This document shows positions 52,483 through 64,000 of a stretch of DNA of 64,000 nt, in pieces (position 1 is the first letter of the stretch; every line of letters starts with the position of its first letter). The stretch is taken from assembly GCF_030684315.1 (NCBI RefSeq), contig NC_081385.1:6250341-6314340 (forward strand), read 5' to 3'. Below the pieces are notes generated by a model, which worked only from the letters and a program-made list of their open reading frames with translations, had not been told where the DNA came from and made no database searches. A program made the translations under genes and the position numbers. The stretch comes from Stegostoma tigrinum. Lineage: Eukaryota.

Positions 52483-54985
52483 GTGAATACTATAATTCGC
52501 CTCACGAACGGTGCAATAATTGTGAACCCATTCAGAGCTCCGCATCTTTCAGTCCCAAGGTGATGGATCCCGCCCGCTTTGGGCCTCTTTCGGCCACGAT
52601 TCAGGAATTAGGAGCGACATTGTTAAAAATGCTGGAAACATGCAACCGAGCAACCAGCATCTCTGAGAGGTTAAGACGGAACCCCCGGTCGTTACAATGT
52701 TTCTTCAGCCTTATTGCCGCATGCTTGCAAGTTCACATCACACCAAGCATCTGTAGCCCCTAAAACAGAATTCGCTCATGCCGCTTCTGGATTTGTTCGC
52801 AACAAATTTGGAGACGAAAAATTGCAACAGGATTTGGAGAAATTACACGGCGTGGCTTTCTTTCTTATGTAAAGTTTTCGTGGCCAAGTCCAAAGTCAAT
52901 ATGGGGCGGAGTTACAGCTGTAACTGCAAAGTTTGCAGTTAGAAAGCCCCGTGAATTCTCACTGCCAATTGCTTCATAACCGAATACACACATAACTGGT
53001 GAAAGTAGCAATATTTAACATCACTCAGTAATCACTCAGTCTCAGCACCCTTAACCGCCATTTCTCCTGCTGTATATATTAGGATTCAATAGGTCACAAA
53101 ATGTTTATAATACGACCGCTAATTCAATGTGTCCTTGTTAGAGGGAAGGGGCACCTGGCATTTACATGGCACCTTTCACTACCTCAGGGGCCTCCCAAAC
53201 AAACTGTAAACCGTAAAGTTTGGTTGAAGTGTAATCACTGTTGTAGAGAAATCCCAATTTATTCCCATGCTTTAACCTTCATAGTTCTTGTCCATCATAC
53301 TAGTGGGCTCTTTCCTCGCAGCTGCCATATTGTGCAAGCCAGACAAACAACATCTCATTTTCAGTTTGGGAACCTTGCAGCCCTCAGGACTAAATGTAGA
53401 GTTAAATAATTTTTGCCTGAACACCTTCTCTTGTGTGTTTTACCCACTCTCACCCCCACCTCCTGCTGTAATATGAGTTCCTTTCAGCACAGCTAACCCA
53501 TTTTTCATGCATAGTCCCTGTTATCACCTATCTAGCTTCCCTTCTTCCCTAACTTACTTTGAACAATTCTTTCGTTTGCCGAACTTCTTTCCTCTCTGCC
53601 TATCTGGGCTCTGTCCCCACCAATTGCTCACTCCTACCCCTATGTTCTAAATACCTGAAGGATACTCTAAAAAGTGGAATGTTGTTCTGACAGCACAAAT
53701 GTTGGTTTGATTTGATTTTTTTAATGTCACATACTTAGTTAAGTGAAAGATATTGTTTTGCATGCTATCCAGGCAAATCATACCATAAGTACGTTAGGAT
53801 AATAGAGCAGAATGCAGAACAAAGTGTTACAACCACAGAGAAGGTGCTGAGAAAGATCAACTCTAATATATGAGACATCCATTTAAAATAGCATGTGTAA
53901 AGTGAACAAGCATTGCTATATAACCATGGGCAGATGTAGATATGGAGACTGCAGAGATCCCTTGCTAATTCCCGTATACCTGCCATAGTCCATTGGATTT
54001 TGTGTCCATAGAATCTTGGCCTTGAGCCCCTTCATCTGATGTGGTAGCATAAAAAGTTCCAAGTCTTTTTTTTGCTGATCATATTATAGCGTGTTAATTA
54101 TTGTTGTATAATATCCTGACTAGGGATACACTGACAGGAAGTGCATCTTTTTGCTGTCCTAATTACTGTATTTAAACAGTGAGAGTTAATTTTAATCAAA
54201 TCCAGTATTTCTCGCAGGTTGTAATCAACAACTGCCCCAGGACTAATTCCTAAACAGTTTTCAGGCTTAATTAATTACCTGATCCAGTCATAAGGAGCAA
54301 ATTAAGCTTATCTAATAATCCCAAGGTGTAAGAGGCAATAAATAATCCTCAAAACATTATAATGTTTTGAAATTAAATGACCTGCACTTAAAACTTTTAA
54401 TTATTTCTGTTTTTAAAACTAACAAAAATAAGAGTAAAACTGAACTAGACTGCTGATGGATGCTTGGACGTTGTAATTTGTGAATGGAACAAGTTTGAAA
54501 TGTGATACTGTCATTGCCTCTGCTATTAGGGTCTATGTTCTCATCTAAAATCCTTCACAAATTAAACGGTAGTGTACCAGAGGCCCGTGCAATCAACACC
54601 TCACCCACCAAGTCTATAAACCATGCAGTGCATTAGGCCAATCATTCTTGCAGTACCCCAAATTTGTGGTATCTCATGCCCATGGAATCCTGTCTGCTTA
54701 ATGCAAGCCTCAGAGCCTGCCCACTTAGAATCCTATCCAATCATACAGTGTCTCACTGCCTGTCCATTAAATGCTGTGACACCCAACGCTCCCACTCTGC
54801 ATCCCTCAACACCCTAACTACTATCCTTTGTTAAAGTAAGAGCAAATTACTATGCTAGGCCTGCTGAATTTCTCTAACATTTCTTTTTTTCCCTTTGTTG
54901 AATATTTTCTGAGACCGATTGTCATTCTTCAAAAGATTTAACAAAACTTTTAGCTCCAGCAGTTCTCAGATTCCTAAAGGGGAAG

Positions 54986-55212
54986 TGTAATGATTGTAAC
55001 AAGGTGAGTCAGGTGGACCTCATAGAATATGAGTTCTCTGATTGAACCAGATTAACAAACCCAATCAGGGACCCCTGGCTGGCAGTTAAGAAGAGATATA
55101 CTGTTCACTCTGAGAGCTGGCTGTGAGGAACTTGGATCAGTTTCTAGGACACTCTATGTGTAAATAAAGGGCGATTTGGTGATAGGATACTGGCATCTGT
55201 GGAGTTATTTCA
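54986..55212 (+). mobile_element. Possible short solo LTR
   Basis: Termini TGTAAT...ATTTCA with internal CCAAT and AATAAA. No clear TSD. Confidence 0.35.
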
Positions 55213-58017
55213 GTAATCTTGACCAATAAAGTTATCCTCAGAATTCTGTATGAGTGCTGAGAAAATGTTCCTTCTCTACTTGTTTTACACTGTATTTCTG
55301 AATCTACTTTTGTTTGAGAAAGAAGGGAAGTCTCAAGATACAGTTTATGGCTACATTATTTTCTATACTTAAATGTTGCAATGTCCTCTTTAAGTAACAT
55401 TTAGCCTCTTACATAATCCTTGACTTGTAGCAGTTATTCCTTCAGAAAGGACATGTAAACTCAGTACAGAGTAGATACAATTAAGCGTGAATAATAAACA
55501 TGAAATAACTACCAAAGGAGAAGAGAATGGAAAATGGGAACAGAAATTGCTGGAAAAGCTCAGCAGGTCTGACAGCAGCTGTAAAAAGAAAGCAGACTTA
55601 ATGTTTCAGGTCTAGCGACCCTTCCTTAGAACTGATGGTAGCTGGGAAAATGTGTTTTTTATGCAGAAGATAGAGTGCGTGGAGGTGTTAAGGAGTAAAC
55701 AATAGATGGAGATAGAGCCCAAAGAGAGAGAAAGAACAGTTGAACAGACAAATGAGTGGGTAATGGTCAGCCTGGGAGAGTGAACAGCTATTAATGGCTA
55801 ACAATGGATTCTGTGTAACAGCAGACCATGTGATAACAAGGCCTGGTGTGTGGGAGTTGGGATGAGTACATGGGAGAAGCTTAAGCCCTAAAGTTCTTGT
55901 GACAGAAAAGTGGTGGTGAGAGCTGGAACAGGCAGTGGGTTGTCTGCTGTGTGACACTGGTTCAGCTGCTAACCAGAAATTCTATTAATGCCTCTCTGAA
56001 ACTCATCGAGAGTGAAAGTACTATTTAGGGACCAAGCTGGATCAGGGACAAAGCAGAAAAAAAAAATGCTATTGCTGTGAATAGTATTAGTTAGATCCCA
56101 ATAAAAACAGATGATGCTGCGAAGGCAGACTGAGTCATACAACGTTGCTGGTCAGAGAAACAGCATTAATGATTCATGAAAAGTCACCGACTCAACATTT
56201 TTAAAGTCTGCCTCTTTTGCTGCAGATGCACACTGATCTGCTGAGAGTTTACCAGCGTTTCTGCTTTTTATTTCAGATTTCCATATGAACATATGAAATA
56301 GGAGATTGAGTAGGCCATTCAGCCCCTTGAACCTCGCTTTGCCATTCAACAAAATTATGGTTGCTTGGAATTAACCTTGAATCACATTCTCACTTATCCC
56401 TGATGACCACCTACCCCTTGCCTAATAAGAATCTATCATTTAAATATTCAAGGACTTTTATCACTTTTTCAGAAAGTGTTGCAAGGATTCACGACCCTTT
56501 GAGAGAAAATAGAGTTGCTTCATTTCTCTTTTAAACAGGTGACCAACATTCAAGGCATTTTGCCTTTATTTGAAACAAACACAGGGAATGCCAGAGAAAT
56601 TCAGCAGGTCTGGCAGCAAATTATTAACTCTGTTTCTCTTTCCACAGATGCCGTCAGATCTGCTGAGTTTGTCCTGTGTGTTGTGTTTATTTCAGATTTC
56701 CATCAGCTGCAGCATTTTATCTTTATTTTTGCTTTTATTTAATTTGGTTAAATGAGTGCATTGTTATTCCTCAATCATACGACTACTTTACATTGAGAAA
56801 CTCAACAATTTTTTTGATACTTAACGTTAACGTTTATAGCTTACTTTAATAACTTTTTATGAAGGTTATTAAGGGAGATGATCTGGTAACAGTGACAAGA
56901 TGTGCAATTTTCAATTGGTTCTTAAAGACATAATTTAAAAAATGTATGTGGTGAATGATTCTAGTAACAGAGTCACATGTTTAAAAGTCTAAATTTAAAA
57001 ATAAATCATGGCAAATCCCGCAGTTCTGAAATTAAAAAAAACAGAAGTTGTGTACTTGTATGTGAGGCCCATTACAGAAATGTAAAAAAATCATGGCACA
57101 GAAAGTGGCCATTTGGTTCATTGTGGGAAAACAATCCAGCCTAATCCCATTTTCCAGTTATTGCCTTGTTATCCCTTTATGGCACTTAAAATGCACATCA
57201 AAGTATTTATCTAAATGGAGGATATTTGCCCCTATTTCCCTTTCAGCAAATGAATTCCAGATCTCCACCATCCTCTGGCTGAAAACTTTTTCAACACCCT
57301 TTCTAATCCTACCAGTGATCTTTAGTGCTATGCTCTCTGAGTTATTAACCTTTTGTTCACGGAAATAAATCCTTACTATGCATTCCGACTTGGCTCCTCA
57401 TAATTTTATACAATTAAAGCTCCACCGTCTGATAAATATTTGGCTGCATTTGTGATGAGGTAGATCTCACTGAAGAGCTGGCGTCTGCAAACAGAATAGC
57501 CCCATGAGTTTCAGTTAGGACAGTGCACAGGTTCATAGTTTGTAAATTCCAGTGAACGAGATACACCAAAAACATTAGCATTCACAGAGCTAGCAGAATT
57601 CTTGTGTATTAGTCCAGCTGGAAGATTTCCATCAGAAGGTAACAGTTGTGTAGATTGAGTTACTATGGAAGGTCAGTGAATCTGGCTGCAAGCTGGGAGT
57701 TAAGTGGCAAATAGATGTGTTTCCATAAAGGTACATGGGACATTGCTAAATTGGATACACTTAAGTTCATCTGCTCAAATGATATGGACCTATTTGGGTC
57801 AAACAGCCATTCTCCCACTCCTACAAATATTTGACAGTGGTTACCTCGGTAATGAACTCACCGATGAGCTATAAGCTGTGAGTTTAAATTTAACTCCAAT
57901 GACTTGTTCTGCAAACTGAAACTGACACTTCAGTACACACTTCTGAAGGAGTGCTAACCAATTGGATAAACTTTCAGAAGAAACATTAAACTGAAACTCC
58001 AATCATGTTGCAGTGGA

Positions 58018-58265
58018 CGGGATGGCACAGTGGTGCAGGGGTTAGCACTGCTGCCACACAGTGCCAGGATTGAGTTCCACCCTCGGGTGACTGTGTGGAA
58101 TTCGCACATTCTCCCTGTGTCTGTGTGGGTTTCCTCAAACAGTCCAAAGATGTGCAGGTTAGGTGAATTAGACATGGGACGGGCAATGTCTGGATGGGAT
58201 GCTCTTCAGAGGGCCAGCGTGGACTTGATGGACTGAATGGTCTCCTTCCTCACAGTAGGAATTCA
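58018..58265 (+). mobile_element. V-SINE nested in a Deu-SINE remnant (57835-58525)
   Basis: V-domain motifs; the flanks continue as Deu-SINE sequence. Confidence 0.7.
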
Positions 58266-58618
58266 ATGATTTTTACGGGTGGCACAAAGATCTCATGGCA
58301 TTCTTTTGAAGTACACCAGTAGAATTTTCTCAGCATGTGTTTTTATTTCTCAGAACCTTGGTTAATGTTATTAAGACACATTCTTTGATTGTTTTCCCAT
58401 TTCTGTTTGTAGAAGCTTGCTGTGCGTACATTTGTTTCTGCATTTCATACAAGAGTAACTGCATTTTCAGAAAAGCAGTTTAGGACATTCTGAGTTTGTG
58501 ATATACACCCTATAAATGCAAGTATTATTCTGATTCTGTTTGTTTGTATGCAAACAGTGAACAAGTATCATGTGTCAACTGATATACTGTGCAGTTCACC
58601 AAAGTCATTTCTTCACAG

Positions 58619-58725
58619 AATGAAGCCACAGGCCTCTACAGCCACTTAGTTGGGATCCCAAAGGCTCTGTTACCGGGAGTTGGTGGGAAAAAGATTCTGG
58701 ATTTCTGGTGGGAAGTAGTAAATAT
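58619..58725 (+). CDS. gkup: gkup coding exon 2
   Basis: cag|NEATGLYSHLVGIPKALLPGVGGKKILDFWWEVVN+AT|gtgagt. PKALLP NTP-transferase motif. 107 bp. Confidence 0.92.
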
Positions 58726-59524
58726 GTGAGTGTGTTATCATTTTTGTCACTTGTAACAGCTGCATTTTTCTTATTAGGATTTATTTAAAATAAGTTTTAT
58801 TTAACTCTCACCTGACAAGGTGGGCTATCTGGGCTAGGACTTGTAATGTAAAAGATTACAAAGCTGGAAATGGTGAGAAGGGAACTGTGACTATCAGAAA
58901 ATGGGCAACATGGAAAGGAGATTTTGTTCAACATGCTCTTCCAGAGGCAGTCTTTTCCACAGTGGAGAGGATGGATGAGTAACATTTAGGTCAGTATATT
59001 ATTAAAGTTAGCCAGATTTCCTTTAGTGTCAGCAGTGGCTTATAGTGGATTTTACTCTGCCTCTGGGTGAGGAGTTTGTGGGTTTGAATCCTGCTCAAGA
59101 GCTGAACTCAAGTTGTCGGCTGACAAATCTGATAATGCACAGGAGCTGTCTTGGCTTAGAAGTGTTGGCTTTCAAATGATGTGTTAAACCGAGGCCTCGC
59201 CCACTGCCTCAGGTAGATGTTAAAAATCATACTGGAGTATTTTGACAGAATATGGGAGTTCAGCCCGGCCAGGGTTAATCCTTCAACTGATATTGCAAAC
59301 AGAGATTATCATTGGTCATTTACTTCATTGTTTTTGGAATTTCACTGTCAGCAATTTAGCTGTAGGGCTTCTAACATTATAAACACTTCAGAAAGTAACT
59401 AATTTGGTGTCAAACACCAAAGCTGTAAAAGGCACTATACGAATACAAATTCTATCTCCCTTCTAACTTTCTATCCATCTTCCTGTATGAAACTTACTTT
59501 GAATTGCCATACATCATGATGATG

Positions 59525-60350
59525 TCTCCCATTGCAACTCTCTTGTAATCTCTTCGGCCTTGAAACTGCTCGACCATGTCCTGAAGCAAACCAGGTACCA
59601 CAGTCATATCACCTTCCTCAGCACCTGCCTACGGAACCGGATCATCCCCAATGGACTACAGTCTACATTTCAGCCCTCCCAATTTGGCCCCAACCGTGAC
59701 CACCTCTACACCCAGAATATTCAGACCCTTCAGAAGCGTTTCTCCCAACGAGTCCTGAAACAGACACTCGCAGCCATGCGCCGGCACCTCCACACACTGC
59801 AATCCAGCCTGCCCCAGCTCAGAGCCTCCCTCTCCCAGACCTGCAAAGGACCCCTGCTGTTTTTTATCCTCCGCAGGCCCAAAACCAGCCCAGTTCGTCC
59901 CCTCCCCCCACTGCACCACACAACCAGCTCAGCTCTTCCCCTCCACCCACTGCATCCCAAAACCAGTCCAACCTGTCTCTGCCTCCCTAACCTGTTCTTC
60001 CTCTCACCCATCCCTTCCTTCCACCCCAAGCCGCACCTCCATCTCCTACCTACTAACCTCATCCCACCTCCTTGACCTGTCCGTCTTCTCTGGACTGACC
60101 TATCCCCTCCCCACCTCCCCACCTATACTCTCCTCTCCACCTATCTTCTTTTCTCTCCATCTTCGGTCCGCCTCCCCCTCTCTCCCTATTTATTCCAGAA
60201 CCCTCACCCCATCCCCCTCTCTGATGAAGGGTCTAGGCCCGAAACGTCAGCTTTTGTGCTCCTGAGATGCTGCTTGGCCTGCTGTGTTCATCCAGCCTCA
60301 CATTTCATTATCTTGGATTCTCCAGCATCTGCAGTTCCCATTATCAATGA
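59525..60350 (+). mobile_element. Internally deleted Neptune-type PLE (putative ORF N-terminus joined to the 3' UTR)
   Basis: 59880-60350 is close to 22500-22965, including an intact hammerhead at 60219-60250. 59560-59877 is an open frame (LKLLDHVLKQTRYHSHITFLSTCLRNRIIPNGLQ...) resembling PLE N-termini. Confidence 0.75.
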
Positions 60351-60373
60351 TGTTTTCTCTGTTCTGTTTGCAG

Positions 60374-60418
60374 ACGCCAGCTCTTCAGTGATGTCTACCT
60401 TGTCACAAATGCAGATAA
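60374..60418 (+). CDS. gkup: gkup coding exon 3
   Basis: cag|A+RQLFSDVYLVTNAD+AA|gtgagt. 45 bp; phases match both neighbours. Confidence 0.9.
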
Positions 60419-61339
60419 GTGAGTATGTTTGCAGCTGAGAATAGAAGCAACACAGCGACAGTCAATAGAACTGAATAGAAATGCTGGAACTAACAACAGA
60501 AAATGTTGGAAATACTGAGCAGGCTGCATGTGTAGAGAGATGCAGAAATGATGTTTCAATTCAGCTGTCTTTGCTTATTTAGTGGTGAACAGTTGGTAAG
60601 CAAACTTAGTAAACTGGGACAAAGCGGGTAAGAAATGAATAGTGATGTGAAACATGGGACGAACAACCCTTTTGGCTGTGGAGAGATGGTTACATCCATG
60701 AGATGCATCTGAACTCTTCCACAACTTCAGACTCCAGTGAAAGAGTGTAAAGGTTTGAAAACAACAATAACAGAAAATGCTGGAGAAACTGAGCAGGTCC
60801 AGTAGCTTTTGTGGAGCGAGAAACATATCTTGCTGTTTCCCTCTCTAGAACTGCACCCAGATCTGTTGAGATTTTCCAGCGTTCTCTGTGATTGTTTCAG
60901 ATTTCCAGCATCTACAGTATTTTGCCTTTATGGAAACTAGAAATAGACTGAGAGAGAGAAGTGAAGGTAAAAGATCTCATGCATGACTTAGAGGGGTGGG
61001 GAAATTGTCTGCGGTCTGCAGGGTAAAATTTTACCCAATTAGCTTCACAAAAATGAAGCTGCCTGGTCGTTATCAGATTGCAGATCATGGGATCTGTGCA
61101 CAGACCATCTCCCACAATTCCTACACTGGAACATTGACTACACTGCAAAAGTACTTCTTGAAGTGCTTTGGGATGTCTTGAAGTCATGAAAGTTGCTATA
61201 GGAATTAAGTCTTTAGTTTACTGCAGTGATCTAAAGAAAGCGGGTCCATATGGTCTTGTATAGTATGCTGCAGTTCTGTGGTGACACAATGGGCACCAGC
61301 TAAGCACTTATGAATTAATTGTTAACTTTCCAAGTGTAG

Positions 61340-61493
61340 ATACAAGTACTATGAGCGATGGGCAACTGCCATTGATTTTCCAGTGGAAAACATTATTAAT
61401 GATGGGTCGACAACCAGTCAAACACAGTTGGGTGCAGTGGCTGACTTGGAGCTGGTGATCAGGAGCAAGAGGTTCACTGACGATGTCATGGTG
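61340..61493 (+). CDS. gkup: gkup coding exon 4
   Basis: tag|A+YKYYERWATAIDFPVENIINDGSTTSQTQLGAVADLELVIRSKRFTDDVMV|gtatgt. 154 bp. Confidence 0.92.
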
Positions 61494-61578
61494 GTATGTT
61501 TTGTTTCATTGCTGGTTGTTTGCTGAAGCTTAGGATCTTTGCTCATGCTGTCTCACCACAATCTTTATGTACTTCCAG

Positions 61579-61650
61579 GTTGCTGGGGATATGTTATGTG
61601 AAGATCTGAACTTTGATATAGCTGAAGTTCTCAAATTCTTTAAGTTTAAG
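61579..61650 (+). CDS. gkup: gkup coding exon 5; the gene continues beyond the window
   Basis: cag|VAGDMLCEDLNFDIAEVLKFFKFK|gtcagt. Contains the AGD motif. 72 bp, after an 85-bp intron. Confidence 0.9.
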
Positions 61651-62034
61651 GTCAGTAAAACCCACTGGTTTCTTGTTTCTTCACGATGTTTAGTTGACCT
61701 AATGTGATATTAAGTGAAAAGCTATTTGGTTTCGTGTAAATAGTCTTGGGAATAAAGGCTGGAAACTGAGACTACGTTACCTTGCTCATGTGAAATAAAT
61801 GAAATCACATAATGGCTCAGGTCACTCTCTAGGGTGATCATAAGCTGGAATTAGATAGAAATTTATAGGCCAAAAACAATTCTGAATAGTGTGAAGGATG
61901 TGGATTGAATACAAATTATCTGAGAATAGTCAAAATTTTACAGCTGTATGACAAAGGCAAGGGAATCAGTATTTTAAATACAAAATGATAATATTTTGCT
62001 CATCTGTATTCCATACACACTTGGTCTCATTCTG

Positions 62035-62829
62035 AGATAACAAGGTGTAGAGCTGGATGAACACAGCAGAACAAGCATCATCAGAGGAGCAGAAAAGCTG
62101 ACGTTTCAGGTAGTGACCGTTCTTCAGAAATCGTCTACGTCAGCGAAACCAAGCGGAGGCTTGGGGACTGCTTTGTGGAACACCTACGCTCAGTTCGCGA
62201 CAAACGACTGCACCTCCCTGTCATGAACCATTTCAACTCCCCCTCCCATTCCTTGGACGACATGTCCATCCTGGGCGTCCTGCAGTGCCACAACGATGCC
62301 ACCCGAAAGTTGCAGGAAGAGCATCTCATATCCCGCTTGGGAACCCTGCAGCCCAATGGTATCAAGGTGGATTTCACAAGGTTCAAAATCCCCCCTCCCC
62401 CGACCGCATCCCAAAACCAGCCCAGCTCGCCCCCACCTCCCTAACCGGTCCTTCCTCCCACTTCAAGCCCCACCCCCATTTCCTACCTACTAACCTCGTT
62501 CCGCCTCCTTGACCTGTCCGTCCTTCCTGGACTGACCTGTCTGCTTCCTAACTCCCCACCTACACTCACCTTTACTGGCTCCATCCCCACCTCTTTGACC
62601 TGTCTGTCTCCTCTCCACCTATCTTCTCCTTTATCCATCTTCTGTCCACCTTCCCCTCTCTCCGTATTTCTTTCAGAACCTCCTTCCCCTCCCACATTTC
62701 TGAAGAAGGGTCCAGACCCAAAAAGTCAGCTTTCCTGCTCCTCTGATGCTGCTTGGCCTGCTGTGTTCATCCAGCTCTACACCATGTTATCTCAGAATCT
62801 CCAGCATCGGCAGTTCCTACTATCTCTGG
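62035..62829 (+). mobile_element. Neptune-type PLE 3' fragment with an inverted ~95-bp 5' arm
   Basis: Degenerate GIY-YIG C-terminus (EHLRSVRDKRLHLPV..HFNSPSHS) and a 3' end matching 22240-22965. 62035-62130 is the inverted terminus. Confidence 0.88.
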
Positions 62830-62831
62830 TC

Positions 62832-64000
62832 TAGCGAGTTTTGAGAAGATTTGTAGCTCAGGTTGAGATTCTGGATGTGAGTTTGCTTGCTGAGCTGGAA
62901 GGTTAGTTTTCAGACGTTTCGTCACCATTCTAGGTAACATCATCAGTGAGCCTCCGACGAAGCGCTGGTGTTATGTCCCGCTTTCTATTTATCTGGTTAG
63001 GTTTCCTTAGGTTGGTGATGTCATTTCCTGTTCTTTTTCTCAGGGGATGGTAGATTGGCTCCAAATCAATGTGTGTGTTGATGGAGTTCCGGTTGGAATG
63101 CCATGCTTGTAGGAATTCTCGTGCATGTCTCTGTTTGGCTTGTCCTAGGATGGATGTGTTGTCTCAATCAAAGTGGTATCCTTCCTTATCTGTATGTAAG
63201 GATATGAGTGATAGTGGGTCATGTTGTTTTGTGGCTAGTTGATGTTCATGTATCCTGGTGGCTAGCTTTCTGTCAGTTTGTCCAATGTAGTGTTTGTCAC
63301 AGTTCTTGCAAGGTATTTTGTAGATGACGTTCGTTTTATTTGTTGTCTGTATAGGGTCTTTTAAGTTCATTAGCTGCTGTTTTAGTGTGTTGGTGGGTTT
63401 GTGGGCTACCCTGATGCCAAGAGGTCCGAGTATTCTGGCAGTCATTTCAACCATAACCACTCTCCCCTACATCAAAGACATTTCCGAAATGACTGCCAGA
63501 ATACTCGGACCTCTTGGCATCAGGGTAGCCCACAAAGCCACTAACACACTAAAACAGCAGCTAATGAAGTTAAAAGACCCTATACAGACAACAAACAAAA
63601 CAAACGTCATCTACAAAATACCTTGCAAGAACTGTGACAAACACTACATTGGACAAACTGGCAGAAAGCTAGCCACCAGGATACATGAACATCAACTAGT
63701 CACAAAACGACATGACCCACTATCACTCGTATCCTTACATACAGATGAGGAAGGACACCACTTTGATTGGGACAACACATCCATCCTAGGACAAGCCAAA
63801 CAGAGACATGCACGAGAATTCCTAGAAGGATGGCATTCCAACCGGAACTCCATCAACACACACATTGATTTGGAGCCAATCTACCATCCCCTGAGAAAAA
63901 GAACAGGAAATGACATCACCAACTCAAGGAAACCTAACCAGATAAATAGAAAGCGGGACATGACACCAGCGCTTCGTCGGAGGCTCACTGATGATGTTTC
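62832..64000. mobile_element. Fold-back Penelope/Poseidon-type PLE running off the window
   Basis: Arms 62832-63448 and 63486-64000+, with a 37-bp spacer of native element sequence. GIY-YIG ORF in both arms. Same family as 9911-10487. Confidence 0.92.
62910..62949 (-). ncRNA. Minimal hammerhead ribozyme motif in the second PLE family
   Basis: Minus strand reads tca-CTGATGA-t-GTTACC-tagaat-GGTGAC-GAAAC-GTC-tga. Stem I (tca/tga) and a 6-bp stem II are intact. Confidence 0.78.

Overview
Vertebrate genomic DNA, very probably from a shark. This is inferred from the repeat landscape: V-SINE/HE1-like SINEs, Deu-domain SINEs, CR1 fragments and abundant Penelope-like elements (PLEs). Four spliced genes can be read by hand. 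(1) On the minus strand near 3.9 kb, a signal-peptide first exon of a probable SCN2B/MPZ-family gene that continues off the left edge. (2) A complete JAML/AMICA1-like gene on the minus strand (7 coding exons, 25300->8403, ~293 aa). It has only ONE V-type Ig domain, a TM helix, an ITIM-like VRYVTV and the JAML-type YxxM motif. (3) A complete SC5D (lathosterol oxidase) on the minus strand (4 coding exons, 38155->34675, 295 aa) with a CpG/CCAAT promoter near 43.3 kb. (4) The first five coding exons of gkup (glucuronokinase with putative uridyl pyrophosphorylase) on the plus strand, from 52426 and continuing off the right edge. The most striking non-genic structure is a graded series of fold-back (palindromic) PLE insertions from ~190 bp to 3.1 kb, from two distinct PLE clades. 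They share 12-15 bp target-site duplications (TSDs), a fixed ~40-nt unpaired 3' tail and minimal hammerhead-ribozyme motifs. Also present: an inverted, frameshifted copy of SC5D exon 3 inserted into a CR1 inside a JAML-like intron, a 45-bp minisatellite and several smaller local duplications. All calls were made by eye without alignment tools, so repeat boundaries are approximate.
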